Part shown: one piece after another, positions 37,576 through 50,606 of the stretch
Position numbering within the stretch: position 1 is the stretch's first letter
Layout of the letters: every line of letters begins with the position of its first letter
NCBI RefSeq assembly: GCF_963921235.1
Contig: NC_086097.1
Span: forward strand, 144,896,001-144,960,000
Length of the DNA: 64,000 nt
Origin: Mobula hypostoma
Lineage: Eukaryota
Direction: 5' to 3'
The notes under the pieces: generated by a model
Seen by the model: the letters and a program-made list of their open reading frames with translations, nothing else
What the model was told of the DNA's origin: nothing
Databases searched by the model: none
Translations under genes and position numbers: made by a program

Positions 37576-37800
37576 CAAAGCAATACACACAAAATGCTGG
37601 AGGAACTCAGCAGGCCAGGCAGCTTTTATGGAAAAGAGTAAACAGTCGACGGTTTGGGCCGAGACCCTTCATCAGGACTCATGAAGGCTCTCAGCCCAAA
37701 AAGTTGACTGTTTAGTCTTTTCCATAGATGCTACCTAGCCTGCTGAGTTCCTCCAGCATTTTGTGTGTATTGCTTTGATTTCCAGCATCTGCAGCTCTTC
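37576..37800. repeat. Inverted repeat (about 100-bp arms) of the Penelope terminal repeat with two opposed decayed hammerheads
   Basis: CAAAGCAATACACACAAAATGCTGGAGGAACTCAGCAGG ... CCTGCTGAGTTCCTCCAGCATTTTGTGTGTATTGCTTTG, centre CCTTCATCAGGACTCATGAAGG. Confidence 0.88.
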
Positions 37801-38034
37801 TTGTAAGAGTCACATCTAGCCTACATCAAATAGGGAATGATACTTTTCCTTCCTTGAATAACATTGTGAACTTGTAGGAATTTATAATGATGCAAACGCT
37901 TTCCATTGTCAGTCCTTAAATGACACAGAAATGAACATTTTATACTGACAATAATTGAGGCAGGAATCCTGGTCAGACCACAACAACACTTAATTGAATA
38001 GCTCCATAGAACTTATAAGTATCCTTTTGCATTA

Positions 38035-38645
38035 TCTGTAGAGTCTGTTGAGCCTGCCCAATTGACATCAGCATCTAACCTGTAGCATCAGAAGTCCCAA
38101 CAAACTAGTCCTCTGTTATGCCAAGATAAGGAATGCCTACCGTTCCATGCCCAGACTGCATTTTGGTAAATGTGATCACTTGACTGTCCCTCTCCTACCT
38201 GCATTTGCTAAAGAGCAAAACTCCAGAGATTAGGACAACAAAGGGGTGATCGCAGGGGCAGACAAGTGACTACAGGATTACTTTGAGTCAATGGACTAGG
38301 TCATATTCAGGGACTCACGTGTGGATCTGAATGAATACACCGTAGCTAACACAGATTTATTAAAACAATTGGACATGAATGTGCCAAAAAATCATTTTGA
38401 GTCCCCAAAAAATCATTTAGTCTTCCCCAAAACAGAAACCCTGGATGAACCATGAGATTCTGAATCTGCTGAGGGCCATATCAGAGGCATTCAAGTCTTT
38501 GTCGACAATAGCTCAGCATTCAATACTATGATCGTCTCAAAACTAATCAATAAGCTTCAAGACCTTGGCCTCAATACCTCCTTGTGCAATTGGATACACA
38601 ATGTCCTTACCTGCAGACTGCAATCAGTTCAGATTGGCAAAAATC
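38035..38645 (+). mobile_element. Rex1-like fragment with large internal deletion (APE end joined to RT)
   Basis: [32 protein letters not shown], then [23 protein letters not shown]. Confidence 0.7.
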
Positions 38646-41154
38646 AGTCACTTTTACCTTGGTTTGGCAATGAGCAGTGATACCCATTTGTAAGGGATGG
38701 CATCTTTAAGCTGGACAGACAGACAAAGCTGCTGTCCAATGCTTTCTTCTAAAGGCTGTGTCCTCTGCTCAACAATGCAGCACACTCCCTCAGTTCTATA
38801 CTAGTGTGGCCACCAAGGTGATGTTCTCCGGACTAAGAATGAAATATGAAAAGAGCAAAGAGTTTCAGTTTAGTTTTAAAAGGAGGCCATATGGAGCTGG
38901 TTACTGTGTGCTAAAGCAAGTGCTTCACTCTGAAAGGCCCCTCCTGGGATTCCTTAGTTGAGTCATTGTTTTGCATATATTTTTGCTTTTTCTTTCTGAA
39001 GACTGTCCAAAGATTTCCCTAGTCGTGTTAAATTATGCAACATTGGAAATAAGATTCTGGTCTCTCAAGTTTGAGCATCAGACAATGAAAATACAGCATT
39101 CTGAGATTATGGAATTAATTATTCTTAATCACTTGTAATTTGAGTTTAATTGGCTCATGTTTCAGAGACGAATCAAAATTGATGGAAAAAGCGTGTCCAA
39201 CATGGTTGGCCTTTGGAGTATTTATTTTCCATTAGCTCACTCCCAGTGTTTGATTATTTATCACTATCATTTGATGGCTGATGGGGCCACCCTATTATAC
39301 TGAGGCCATGGAGGCACTTACCTCTGTTTGGGGAAAAGAAAAGCAATATCAGTTTGAAACTGAACTGACAATCAGCATTGGGTCCCTGATTGAACTTCGC
39401 CTGGAATCTGAATCTGGGTCCAACCTTTATCAAATTATTTTTCCAAGAGGGAAAGGAAAGAAATGAGAAGCTCTTACATCTGGATTGCTCTTGAGGAAAA
39501 GAAACACTTTTCATTTAATAGCACCCTTTAAGGTTTCAGGATGTCCAAAATACACAATAGCTAATTAAGTATTTTAGAAGACGTTTAACTATAAGAGACT
39601 ATGGATGCTGGAATTTGGAGCAACACATAAAAAATGCTGAAGGCACTCAGCAGGTCAGGCAGTATTTATGGCGAGAAATAGACAATCAACATTTCTGGTC
39701 AAGACCTTTCATCTGGACAGTGAGGTGGGGCAATGATCTATGTGATAGTCTGAATAAAAAATCAGGATACGTGTCCAGAACTGTCCAGAGCTAACAATCT
39801 CCAGCAGCACCATCTTGGATTGTGCTTCATACTTACACATTGGATTCTGATGACTGGGTTTTGTCAGAGGCAAAACATGAAATGGATTGCTTCCCATGTC
39901 AAATGCATGATACAAAGCACAAAATGGACTGTACACACGTCACGTGTTTGCAGTACAACAGGGAGAAAAATATGAAGTCTAAAAGATGAAGTAATTGACA
40001 ACTATATCTCAGATGGATGATATGGAAACAGCACTTATCTAATGAGCACAAAGACATCATTTACCCCCTTGGTAAACAAAAATTAAAAATTCCTGCAGAT
40101 GCTGGAAATCTGAAATTGTAATCAGAAAATGTTGGAAACACTCGGAGGTCAGGCAGCAGTTGTGGAATGAGAACCAGACTTAGTGTCTCATGGAGTTCTG
40201 TCAAAGCTTCACATGTCTGAAAAATTAAATCTGTCTCTCTTCCCTCACACACTTCTTGATCTTTAAAACAGAGATGAAGTGGAATTTCTTTACCACAAAG
40301 GTAGTTAATCTATTCATTGCCAAAGATTGCTGTGGAGGCCAAGTCACTGGATATGTTTAAAGCAGAGGTTGATAGGTTCTTAGTTAGTAATGGCAGTAAA
40401 GGTTACTGGGAGAAGACAGGATAATGGCATTGAGAGAGAAAATAAAGCAGCCATGATCAAATAGTGGAGTAAATTTGATTGGCCAAATGGCTTAATTCTG
40501 CTCCTACATCCTATAGTCTTACAGACCTGGCTAGTGTTTCTAGTCATTTTCTATAAATTTCTATTATCTCTTCAGATGGCTCCATGTCAGATGTTATTTG
40601 ATAATATTCCCATGAAGCAACTTGTGAAGTAGTAAGTGCAGTATGTAAATAATGTTGTTTGTGTTATCTATTTACTGATGGTGTGGAGAAGGCTCTCCCA
40701 GCCCTTCGAGCCAAGCTGCTCCACTACTCCTTGACAAACCTAATTAACTCTAACTGTAATGTATAGATCTATTTCTTTTAGAGCAATTTCATCCCCCACC
40801 CCCAGCACTACATACTGATCTATTGTCTGCACATGTGCTGTTGTCTATGCATGTGCATTGCTCTCTCTCTCTCTCTCGCTGCAATGTTAATACTCCAGTT
40901 AAAGCAATCTCCCGCGTGTGTGCTTTTATTTAATACAGTATATATGTAGTTATGCACAGATACCACAAATTGATGGTGAGTACGAAACTAAATGTCAGAA
41001 AATATCACACACTACATCGACATTTCTGGCACGATTACGGGACGAAACAGTAAGAGTTAAACAGTATAGAGAAGGCTGTCACAGACACTGAAAAACGCAC
41101 AAGTACAGTGCATAGTAACAGTGAAAGACACCCTAAATTTAAAGTGAGAATAAC

Positions 41155-43415
41155 ATGGCAATAGCTTCAGACAGGAAAGTTGACAAATTTGATAGTGATA
41201 ATTAAGTCTGGGAGTTGTATATTGAGAGGGTTGAACTGTATTGTAATGCGAACAATGTAGAGCAGAAAAAGAAAGCCCATACACTTCTTAGCTTAATGAG
41301 CACAAGAACGTACAGTCTCTTGTGCAACTTAGTAACTCCTGAAAAGCCAGCAAGCAAGGCTTTTGATGAAATTGTTACAATTTTACAAAATCACTTGAAC
41401 CCTGAACTTCTGGCAATAGCTGACAGATTTAGATTTTACAAAAGGAACAAGTCAAAAGATGAAAGCCTTTCTGAATAAATTGCAGAACTGCATAAACTTT
41501 TCCAGTATTGTGACTTTAGAGATGGACTTTCTGATGCATTAAGGGACAGGCTTGCATGTGTCATGCATAGTCAAGCATTCAAAAGAGGCTACTGTCCAAA
41601 AAGAAACTTAACTTTAGAACAGGCATTGACCATTGCAATGTCATTAGAGACAGCAGCAAAGGGTGCAGCAGAACTACTGAAAAAATGTTTAGAATGTAAA
41701 ATGCACAAAATGTCCCTGAATGGTGCAAAAGCCAAAAATGTTATTGATGTGGCAAATCCTCCCATGATGCAAATGACTGTTCAGTTTGCAGAATGTGTCA
41801 CAGGCAAGGTCACAGAGCGAATGTGCAAGACAGACAGAAAGCAGAACCAAGTGAAAGGTTTCAAACACAAAACTAAGAAAATAAAACCTACGGTCTTATG
41901 GTCAAGAGCATAAAGTTATCAAGTGTAAAACAGAATCAGACAACACAGAGTCTGACAAAGGTGAACTTGTTATGCCTAGAACTGTATAGTATTACTGAAG
42001 CAAATTACTACATCATCTAGATCACAATAGATATGTCTGGTGTAAAACTGAAAATGGAGCTGGGTACAGGTTCAGCTTTGTCCATCATTTCAAAGGCTGA
42101 CTACAACAGACTGTTTTCTAAGATACCATTAGAGAAGACCTCAGTGATGCTGAAGTCTTAAACAGGTGATAAAATATCTTCCAAAGATAAACTGAAAGTA
42201 AATGTGAACTGATAGAACTTCATGTATTGAAGAGCAGAGGACTAGCAATTTTAGGATGTGACTGGTTGAGAAAAATTCAACTAGAATGAGACTCAATTAA
42301 AGCTCTCAGTGTGACATCAACAGGGAATGGTCGCACTAACCAGAGACTGTCACAGTTGCTCAATGCTAATGAGAAGGGGTTTGAGAAAGGGATTGGTAAA
42401 CTCAAAGGCATGAAGGCCAGAATTGAACTGGATGAAACAGTAACACCAAGATTCCGTAAAATGTGTCCAGTGCCTTACGCAAAACGTCCTAAAGTGATGC
42501 CGAACTGCAGAGCTTGGAGGCGTCTGGAATTCTCTCCAGGGGTAACTGGAGTGATTGGGCCACACCCATTGTCCCAGTGACCAAAAAAGGAAAGACTAGA
42601 GCCGTTGGCATATGTGGGGATTTCAAGGAGAGCACTAACCCGGTGCTGCATACTGTGCAATATCCCCTGCCGCAAATAGAAGACATTTTTGCATCTTTGG
42701 CAGGCGGGGAGAGTTTTTCAAGATTGACTTGTCATAAGCCTATCTGAAAATGGAGACTACTTCAGGAGTGAAGTAGGAAGTTCCTCACTATCAACACTGA
42801 CAAGGGGCTGTTCCAGTACAATCCTCTCAACTGTGGTGTCCATCAGCTCCAGCAATTTGGCAGAGCAATGGACCAAATTCTCCAAGATATTCCAGGAACA
42901 TAAAGTTACCTTGATGAAATCATTGTGACTGGCAAAAATGATGAAGAGCACGTCCAGAACCTGGTAAGGTGCTTACCAGTCTGAGTGACTATGGCCTGCA
43001 TGCTAAAAGAGAGAAATGTGAGGTTTTCAAGAATGAAATCTCATATGGTGGTCATGTCATTTACAACCATGGCTTCTCACAAGAGAAGTCTGAAGCAGTG
43101 CTACAGGTACCTAAACTGGAAAATGTGTCACAACTCAGGTCATACTTAGGCCTTGTAAATACTACATGTGCGTAAGGCACCGGTTTCTCCCAAATATTGC
43201 GACACTGCTGCATCCATTGAATGCACTGTTGCAGACAGGAGCAAAGTGGGAATGGTCAGAAAGATGTGAAAGAGCATTCAAGGGAACAAAGAGACTAATA
43301 ACACCCGATGAACTACTCACCCTTTATGACCCATCCCTACCCATCAGAGAGGTGTGCGATTCATCCCCTTATTGTGTTGGTGTAATTTTGTCACACACTA
43401 TGAAAGGTGGATCTG
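41155..43415 (+). pseudogene. Gypsy gag-protease-RT-RNase H (5' part), disrupted
   Basis: YIERVELYCNAN..TYSLLCNLVTPEKP..IADRFRFYKRNK; KMELGTGSALSII; SDWATPIVPVTKK..ICGDFK..YPLPQIEDIFA; YLDEII; CDSSPYCVGVILSH. Confidence 0.85.
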
Positions 43416-43542
43416 GAGGGGACTGCACCTGTCTGTAAATGGAGTAGCAGCTGTTCTTGTGCTGCTCTTAGTTCTGTTCTTTCCCTCTAGTTTAAACTTC
43501 AAATTTAAGGTTTTTATTTGCTGATTCTTGAGGGGGAATAAT

Positions 43543-44555
43543 ATGTCTATGTCTACGAGGAGTGGGAAGAACTTGTCTGAATCTAGTGATAAAGGTAATG
43601 GGAAAGGAAAGATGCAAAAGGAAAGATCTGATGAAATGCCACCAAGGGCTGAAGATATGGTTCAGACACTGAATTCAATTAAAGATCAGAATGGGTCAAT
43701 TAAAGACCAACTGGAATGGAATAGTATTGAAATGGTCGGCAGATCAGGCAGCATCCGTGGAAAAGATCGGTCGACATTTCCACGGATGCTGCCCGACCTG
43801 CTGAGTTCCTCCAGCGCGTTGTGAGTGTTGCTTTGACCCCAGCATCTGCAGATTATTTTGTGTTAATGAAATGACGTCATTTCTGGGAAAACTTAAAGAC
43901 CTGGAAACTCAAGATATTACACTCGAAAAGGAATTGAGGATAACCAAGTAAAAATTGTTTGAAGCTACAACTCATTTGGAAAGATATCAAAATAAGATTA
44001 TAGACCTGGAAACCAGGTATCGCCGAAGGAATATACGATTTGTTGGGCTGCAAGAAGGAGCTGAAGATGAAGATTTAACTACTTACTTTGGTAAGCTTTT
44101 TGATACCTTATTTCCTACCATATTATCACAGCCGCCTACTATAGAAAGAGCACACAGAACCTTTACTTCGAAATCTAAAGATCCAAATAAACCAAGATCT
44201 GTTTTGGTTTGTTTTCATCACTTTAAAATTAAGGATCAAATAATGCAACAGGCAAGAAAACAGAGTTTTTAGATTTAAGGAATCTGAGCTCCGTTTTTAT
44301 GAGGATTATCCAAAGGAGGTAATGGAACAAAGATCAAAATTTGCTCTGGTAATGAAACAGGCATATGATAAGAAACTCTTTCCTTCTTTACGTTACCCGA
44401 CAAGAATTAAAGTTTTTACCCAAAAGCTACACTGGAGTTCGTTCGAACTATACCTGCTGCCGCTGCTGAATGAACTGTCCGGGAGATTATTTGGTTATCT
44501 GTATATTATTGGCATTTCAGAAAGATTTATGAAGGTTACTTGGATGTCTCATTGA
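43543..44555 (+). pseudogene. L1 ORF1 (coiled coil + RRM/CTD), disrupted
   Basis: IDLETRYRRRNIRFVGLQEGAE, IERAHR, PRSVLVCFHHFKIKDQIM, FYEDYPKEVMEQR, LRYP. Confidence 0.85.
43735..43866. repeat. Short palindromic Penelope-end insertion in L1 ORF1
   Basis: Hairpin GGCAGCATCCGTGGAAA/TTTCCACGGATGCTGCC. 7-bp TSD TGAAATG (43728-43734 / 43867-43873). Confidence 0.85.
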
Positions 44556-45386
44556 GCGACTATTAAAAGAAGAGAAGGAGATTTGTTCAATATTGCATAT
44601 TACTGGTTTTTTTGGAAAGAAGATCTCTGGTTCAAGTATGACTGTTTAAATGGTTATGTGGACATTCAACTGAGAAAAATAAGGTAAAGGGACTTGTTCC
44701 TTTAACTTAATATCTGGTTTGATGTTTTTTTTTGTTTCTTTCTTAATTAATCAATTGGTAGTTTTTCCTACTAATGGGGCTTCTCTTTATACATATATTT
44801 AGGGGAGGGTTTAATTACTTACAATATTATTAGTTGGTATCTTTGAAAATTTAATTGCATTAAATATGCTATTAACTTTTTTTCTGCTTTATTATAACGT
44901 CTTATACTGTAACCAAATTTAAAGCTTTTTTAGGGATTTAATGTTAAGTTTTAAAATGGCGCTTTTTTTCTTTTTAAGAGATAACATCATTTTGGTTTTT
45001 TTCCTGTTTAAAAAGAAGATTAAATATAAACATGGGATAGTTTGTAGATACTGCAATGTAAATACTTTCCTCTGTTGAGATTTTGTCATTCCTCTTACAA
45101 GGTCGGTGCTTTCTTTTAAACTGGGATGGGAGAGGGAGAGAGAACCTCTCTACATCTTTTGTGTACAGTCAGAGCAGTCCCTGGCTTCGTATTCTATCAT
45201 AGGGTGCCTGCTTTTTTTCGAGCTGTGGGGGGAGGGAGGTGGGGTTAGACTTAGGGGCTTTTTCCCATTGGGTGGTTCTGGAGCGTACGTGTTTTCTATG
45301 TGGTTGTATTCCTCATTGTCGCCATTTTTGATCATTTTGTATTGGTATGTGCTCTGTGCATGTGTAAAGTAAAATAAAATTATAGT

Positions 45387-48300
45387 ATGGTATTTAAATG
45401 GATTAATGTAATAAGTTGGAATGTACATGGTTGGAGTCATTCTATCAAACAAAAAAAGGCTTCTAAATTCATTAATAGATTCCAACCTGATATAATTTTT
45501 GCCCAAGAGACACATATCAGGGCGGGAGATCAAAATAGATTTTTGTATGGTGGAGGGATTTGCAGTCTCACTCCACTTCTCAGAGTAAAACTAAGGGCAT
45601 GTCCATCTTTATTAAATCCAATATATTTACTCAAGAGGATATTGAGCTAGATTTTAATGGTAGATTTTTAATTGTTAAAGGAGTAATTTGTAACAGAAAA
45701 GTTGTTTTGGTCAATTTATACAGTCCTAACTTAAATGATCCCTCTTTTTTTAAAAAGGTATTTGCTTTACTGCCTGATTTAAATGAATATATGCTGATAA
45801 TAAGTGGGGATTTTAACTGTTGTTTAAATCCTTCGACTGACAAGAGCTCATCTAGTCACTGACTTCCAAATCGCTCCACGTCACATATTAATTCCTTTTT
45901 GACTGATTTTGGATTGATTGAATTATGGAGATATCTGTACCCTGATAACAGAGAATATGCTTTCTTTTCACGTTTATAAAAAATATTTGAGAATCGATTA
46001 TATTATAATCGATCCTTGCTTCTTGTCTAGTGTTAAAAATTGTGAGTATGATGCTATTGCTATATCTGATCATGCACCTTTGAGTTTGTCTTTTGAATTT
46101 GATGATGTCATTCTTGCCCACCCACCATTGTGCATGTCTCAGACATTATTGCAAAACTCTGACTTGGTCAGTTTTGTTGAAAATCAGATAAAAAAAATAT
46201 TTTTAATGATATAGGGGATACATCTAAATTAATCATATGGGATACATTTAAAGCATTTTTACGTGGTCAGATCATTTCTTATTCAGCTGAGCTTAAAAGA
46301 CAATCTGAAATAGAATTAGATAAGATCTCAAAACAAATTAAAGACTTAGATAATATTTATGCAATTTCCCCTAATATTGATTTATTCAAACAAAGGGTGG
46401 AACTTCAATCACAATATAATCCATTATTAACTCATCCTATTGAAGGCTATGTGCTTAAGCTAAAGAGCCAACTTCATATGTTTGGAGATAAAAATAATAA
46501 TCTGCTTGCATCTCAATTAAAAACAGCTAGAGCCAAAAGGCAAATTTTGAAAATCCGTAGGAAAGATGGTACCCTGGCTTGGGAATATGAAGAAATTATT
46601 AAGATTTTTCAAAATTTTTATACTGAACTTTATAAATCTCAATGTCCAGTAGGTTTTTCTAAACTGAATGCTTTCTTACGAAAGATTGCTTTTCCTAAAA
46701 TTTCTGTTGAGAATCAAAAAACTCTTGATGTCCAAATTATTGAAGCTGAAATTCATAAAGCTATTTTTTCAATGCAATCTGGTAAGGCCCCTGGACTTGA
46801 TGGCTATCCTGTAGAAGTTTATAAAAAATTTGGAAAATTGCTTTCTCCGTATATGTTGGAAATGTTTAAGGATTCTTTGGTGAAGGGTGATTTGCCCTCT
46901 ACTTTTTATGAGGCTTCTATTTCTTTAATTCTTAAAAAGGATAAAGATCCTACTAATTGTGCCTCTTACAGACCCATTTCATTATTGAAAGTCGATGCTA
47001 AGATTCTGTCAAAGATAATGGTCAATCAGTTGGAGAATATTTTGGGTAAAATTATTTTTAAAGATCAAACAGGCTTTTCACAGGGTCATTATTCTTTTTC
47101 AAATGTTCGGAGATTATTTAACATTATATATTCATCCTCTTTTAAATCTCCACAATGTGTCATCTCCTTGGATACTGAAAAAGCATTCGATCAAGTCGAA
47201 TGGAAATATTTATTTAATGTTTTAGAGAAATTTGGCTTTGGTGTTAATTTTATTAATTGGATTAAAATGATATATAAAATTCCTATTGCTACTGTTATTA
47301 CTAATAACTGTAGGTCTCTTTTTTTCAGCTTTCACGGGGGACAAGACAAGGTTGTCCATAAGTCCTCTTGCTATTTAATTTAATATTAGAACCCTTTGCT
47401 ATTGCTCTTCATGAAGCTAAAGATATTTATGGGATTTTTGTAAATGAGACCATTCATAAGATTTCTCTTTACACTGAGATTTATTGGTTTATATATGCAA
47501 TCTCAAGGAATCTATTTCTGCCTTGCTGAAATTATTTAATGAGTTTGGAGATTTTTCAGGATATAAAATAAATTTTAGTAAAAGTGAACTGTTTCCTTTA
47601 AAATAATCTGTTTCTATATATGATAATACTCCTTTCAAAGTTACGGATTCTTTTAGATATTTAGGTGTTATAATTACTAAAAAAATAAAAAGATCTTTAT
47701 AAGGTTAATTTTGTTCCCTTGGTAGATTCCTTGAAGTATTTATTTAGTAGATGGAGTCCATTTACATTTTCACTTGTTGGTCGCATCCATATAGACAAAA
47801 TGATGATTTTACCAAAATTTTTATATTTATTTCAGAATATCCCTGTTTTTTTGACTGAGTTCTTTGATCAGATTGATTCTATTATCTTATCTTTTATTTG
47901 GAATAATAAAAGACCAAGAATTAGTAAAGGTCACTTACAAAAGTTGTAAAACGATGGAGGTCTCACTTTGCCTAATTTAAGAATGTATTACTGGGCTGTT
48001 AATGTGCGATACATGTCCTTTTGGTTACATTGGGCTGATGAGAACTATCGGCCAATTTGGGTAGACTTGGAATTGAAATCTGTGAAACAGTTTTATTTAA
48101 CCTCATTATTGGGAGCTGCTCTATCTATACAATTAGCTAAAGTTACTAATTTAAATTTATACCCTGTGATTAAGTATTCTTTACAAATTTGGCTCCAGTT
48201 CTGCATTTTTTTTTAATCTTAAAAATTTAAACTTTGTAGTTTAATTTATCGAAATTACTTTTTTAAGCCTTCTTTGAGTGACCCAATTTTTTTACTTTGG

Positions 48301-49155
48301 AAAAATAAAGGTATTAATACTTTTTTGGATTTAATTAAAGAAGATAGACTGATGTCTTTTGAACAATTGGTTGATAAATATTCTTTTTCTTACTCATACT
48401 TTTTACAATACCTTCAAGTTAGACATTTCTTACAAAAATATTTAAGTAATTTTCCTTACATATTGGATGCTGATTTGTTAGATACTATTATGAGTATGAA
48501 CCCTTCGATGAAGGGTTCCATTGGAAGAATTTATAATTTACTATTACAAATGGGATAAGCATCCTTTATTTAAGATTAAACAAGACTGGGAAAAGGAACT
48601 TAACTTGACTTCTATGACAGAGGATTGGTGCGGATTCTGAAGCTGGTTAGCTCTTCTTCGATCTGTGCTAATCATTCACTGATTGAATTTAAAATTGTAC
48701 ATCGTTACCATGTGACAAAAGACAGATTGTCTAAAATATTTCCTAAACTTGATAGTTATTGTGATAGATGTAAAACTGAGACAGCTACACTGACACACAT
48801 ATTTTGATCTTTTTCTGTACTGGAACAGTTCTGGAAGTCAGTTTTTTCGACAATTTCTAAAGCACTTAAAATTAATTTACAACCAAACAAATTAACTGTG
48901 CTTTTTGGAATAATTCCTCAAACTATCTGTGGTATTTCTTTGTCTGACCAACATGTTATTGCATTTGTTACATTGATAGCTAGGAGGGCCATTTTGTTGA
49001 AGTGGAAGGATACATCAGCTCCCACGTTGTCACAATGGTTCTCTCAAGTGATGCTATGTCTTAGTTTGGAGAAAATTAGAAGTCAAACTTTTGAACCTTT
49101 ATTTGATTTTGAGAAAAGATGGTGTTCATTTGCTCAATACTATCATTTGAGTTAA
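45387..49155 (+). pseudogene. L1 ORF2 (APE-RT-zinc finger), frameshifted
   Basis: ISWNVHG, AQETH, SGDFNC, RIDY..SDH, KAPGLDGYP, SYRPISLLKVDAKILSK, SLDTEKAFD, CDRCKTETATLTHIF. Confidence 0.92.
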
Positions 49156-49455
49156 TTGATAGATTTCCTCCACAATCTAACTGTTAATTTTTGGTACATT
49201 TTTTTTTTTGCTGGCAGCTTGATGTTTATCTTTATGACGCATGGCTTCGGGGTTGAACTCCTAATGGTTTTTTTTTCTGCACTTTTTCTTGCTCAGTAGG
49301 TCTTTTTCCTCTTTTTTTAAATCACTAAATATTTTTTCAATCTTTATAATAATGTTTTTTTTTCTTGAGACATTGTAAGTGTTGTTTACTTTGATGTACT
49401 CTTGTAAATTTTAGATAATAATAAAAAGATTTGAAAAGAAAGAAAGATGGATCTG

Positions 49456-50490
49456 AACACCCAGTTGCATTGCTTCGAGATCATTTATGACTGCAGAACA
49501 CAACTATATACAGAGTTACCGAGAGGCCCTTAGTCTAGTATGGGGAATAGAGAAGTCCCACCACTACCTCTCCAGACAAAAGTTTACGCTAGTGGCAGAT
49601 CACCAGCCCCTTGTGTCCATTTTCAATCCCAGGAAGGGAATTCCAGTGATGACTGCTACCTGATTACAATGCTGGGCACTAATTCCTAGGAGCCCACTCT
49701 TATGGCATAGAGTTCAAAGGTACCAAACAACACAGCAACACTAATGGCTTGTTATGTCTTCCACTATTGGCAACTGAAGAAGAAAAGTTGTGACCCAGCA
49801 GAAGTGTTCCACACCGCATTGGTGGACCAGTTGCCGGTAACAAATTCCGAAATACAAAGAGAAACAAGGAATGACCTGACATTGTCAAAAGTCTATGAAT
49901 CACCATGCAAGGATGGCCAGCTCATGGTAACCCTATGTTTCCAGAGCTCTCAGTGAGAAGAGACCAGCTGTCAGTATGTCAAAGAACGCTGATGTGTGGA
50001 TCTTGTGTTGTGGTTCCCTTTAAACGGTGCACCAGAGTGTTAGAAAATCTGCATGAAGGACTCCAGGTTACCGTCAACATGAAGAGTCTCACCCAGAGCT
50101 CTGGGTGGTGGCTGCTAATAGATGAACAGATTGAAGACTTGGCCAAAATCCCTTTGGGATGCCAAGAAGTTCAAAATGCACTGCACCAAGAACAGTAATA
50201 CCCATGGGAGTAGCTTCATCACCATGGCAAAGAGTACATATTGACTTTGCTGGGCCATTCATGGACTCCATGTTTCTGATTGCTGTGGATGTTCATTTAA
50301 AGTGGGCAGAGGTTCTACCAAAGAAGTCATACCCCTCAGCAAAGACTGTCTCTGCCCTGAGGACTATCGTCACCAGAAATGGCTTACCTAAACAAATTGT
50401 GAGTGTCAGTGGACCACAATACAGGTCAAAAGAATTCTGACTGTCTCTGCAGCAAAATGGCATGGACATTTCAAGTCAGCTCCCCACAAC
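49456..50490 (+). pseudogene. Gypsy RNase H end and integrase, disrupted and truncated
   Basis: Resumes as DGSEHPVA after the L1. VLENLHEG..MKSL..WW, PWQRVHIDFAGPF..LIAVDVHLKWAEV, GLPKQIVS..GPQY. Confidence 0.85.
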
Positions 50491-50606
50491 TGTTATTGTG
50501 AAAGCATGTTTATTTGGAATATGGGTTTATGAAAGGGAAATTGAATGTTTTGTACATATAGAGTTTTATGTTGCATTAATTTAAAAGGGGAGGAAATGTA
50601 ATGTAT

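Larger units (their letters stand above)
43416..49441 (+). mobile_element. Full-length L1-clade LINE (about 6.0 kb), inactivated
   Basis: 14-bp TSD GAAAG(G/A)TGGATCTG (43402-43415 / 49442-49455). Short 5' UTR, ORF1, long T-rich inter-ORF region, ORF2, AATAAA plus GAAA-repeat tail. Confidence 0.95.
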
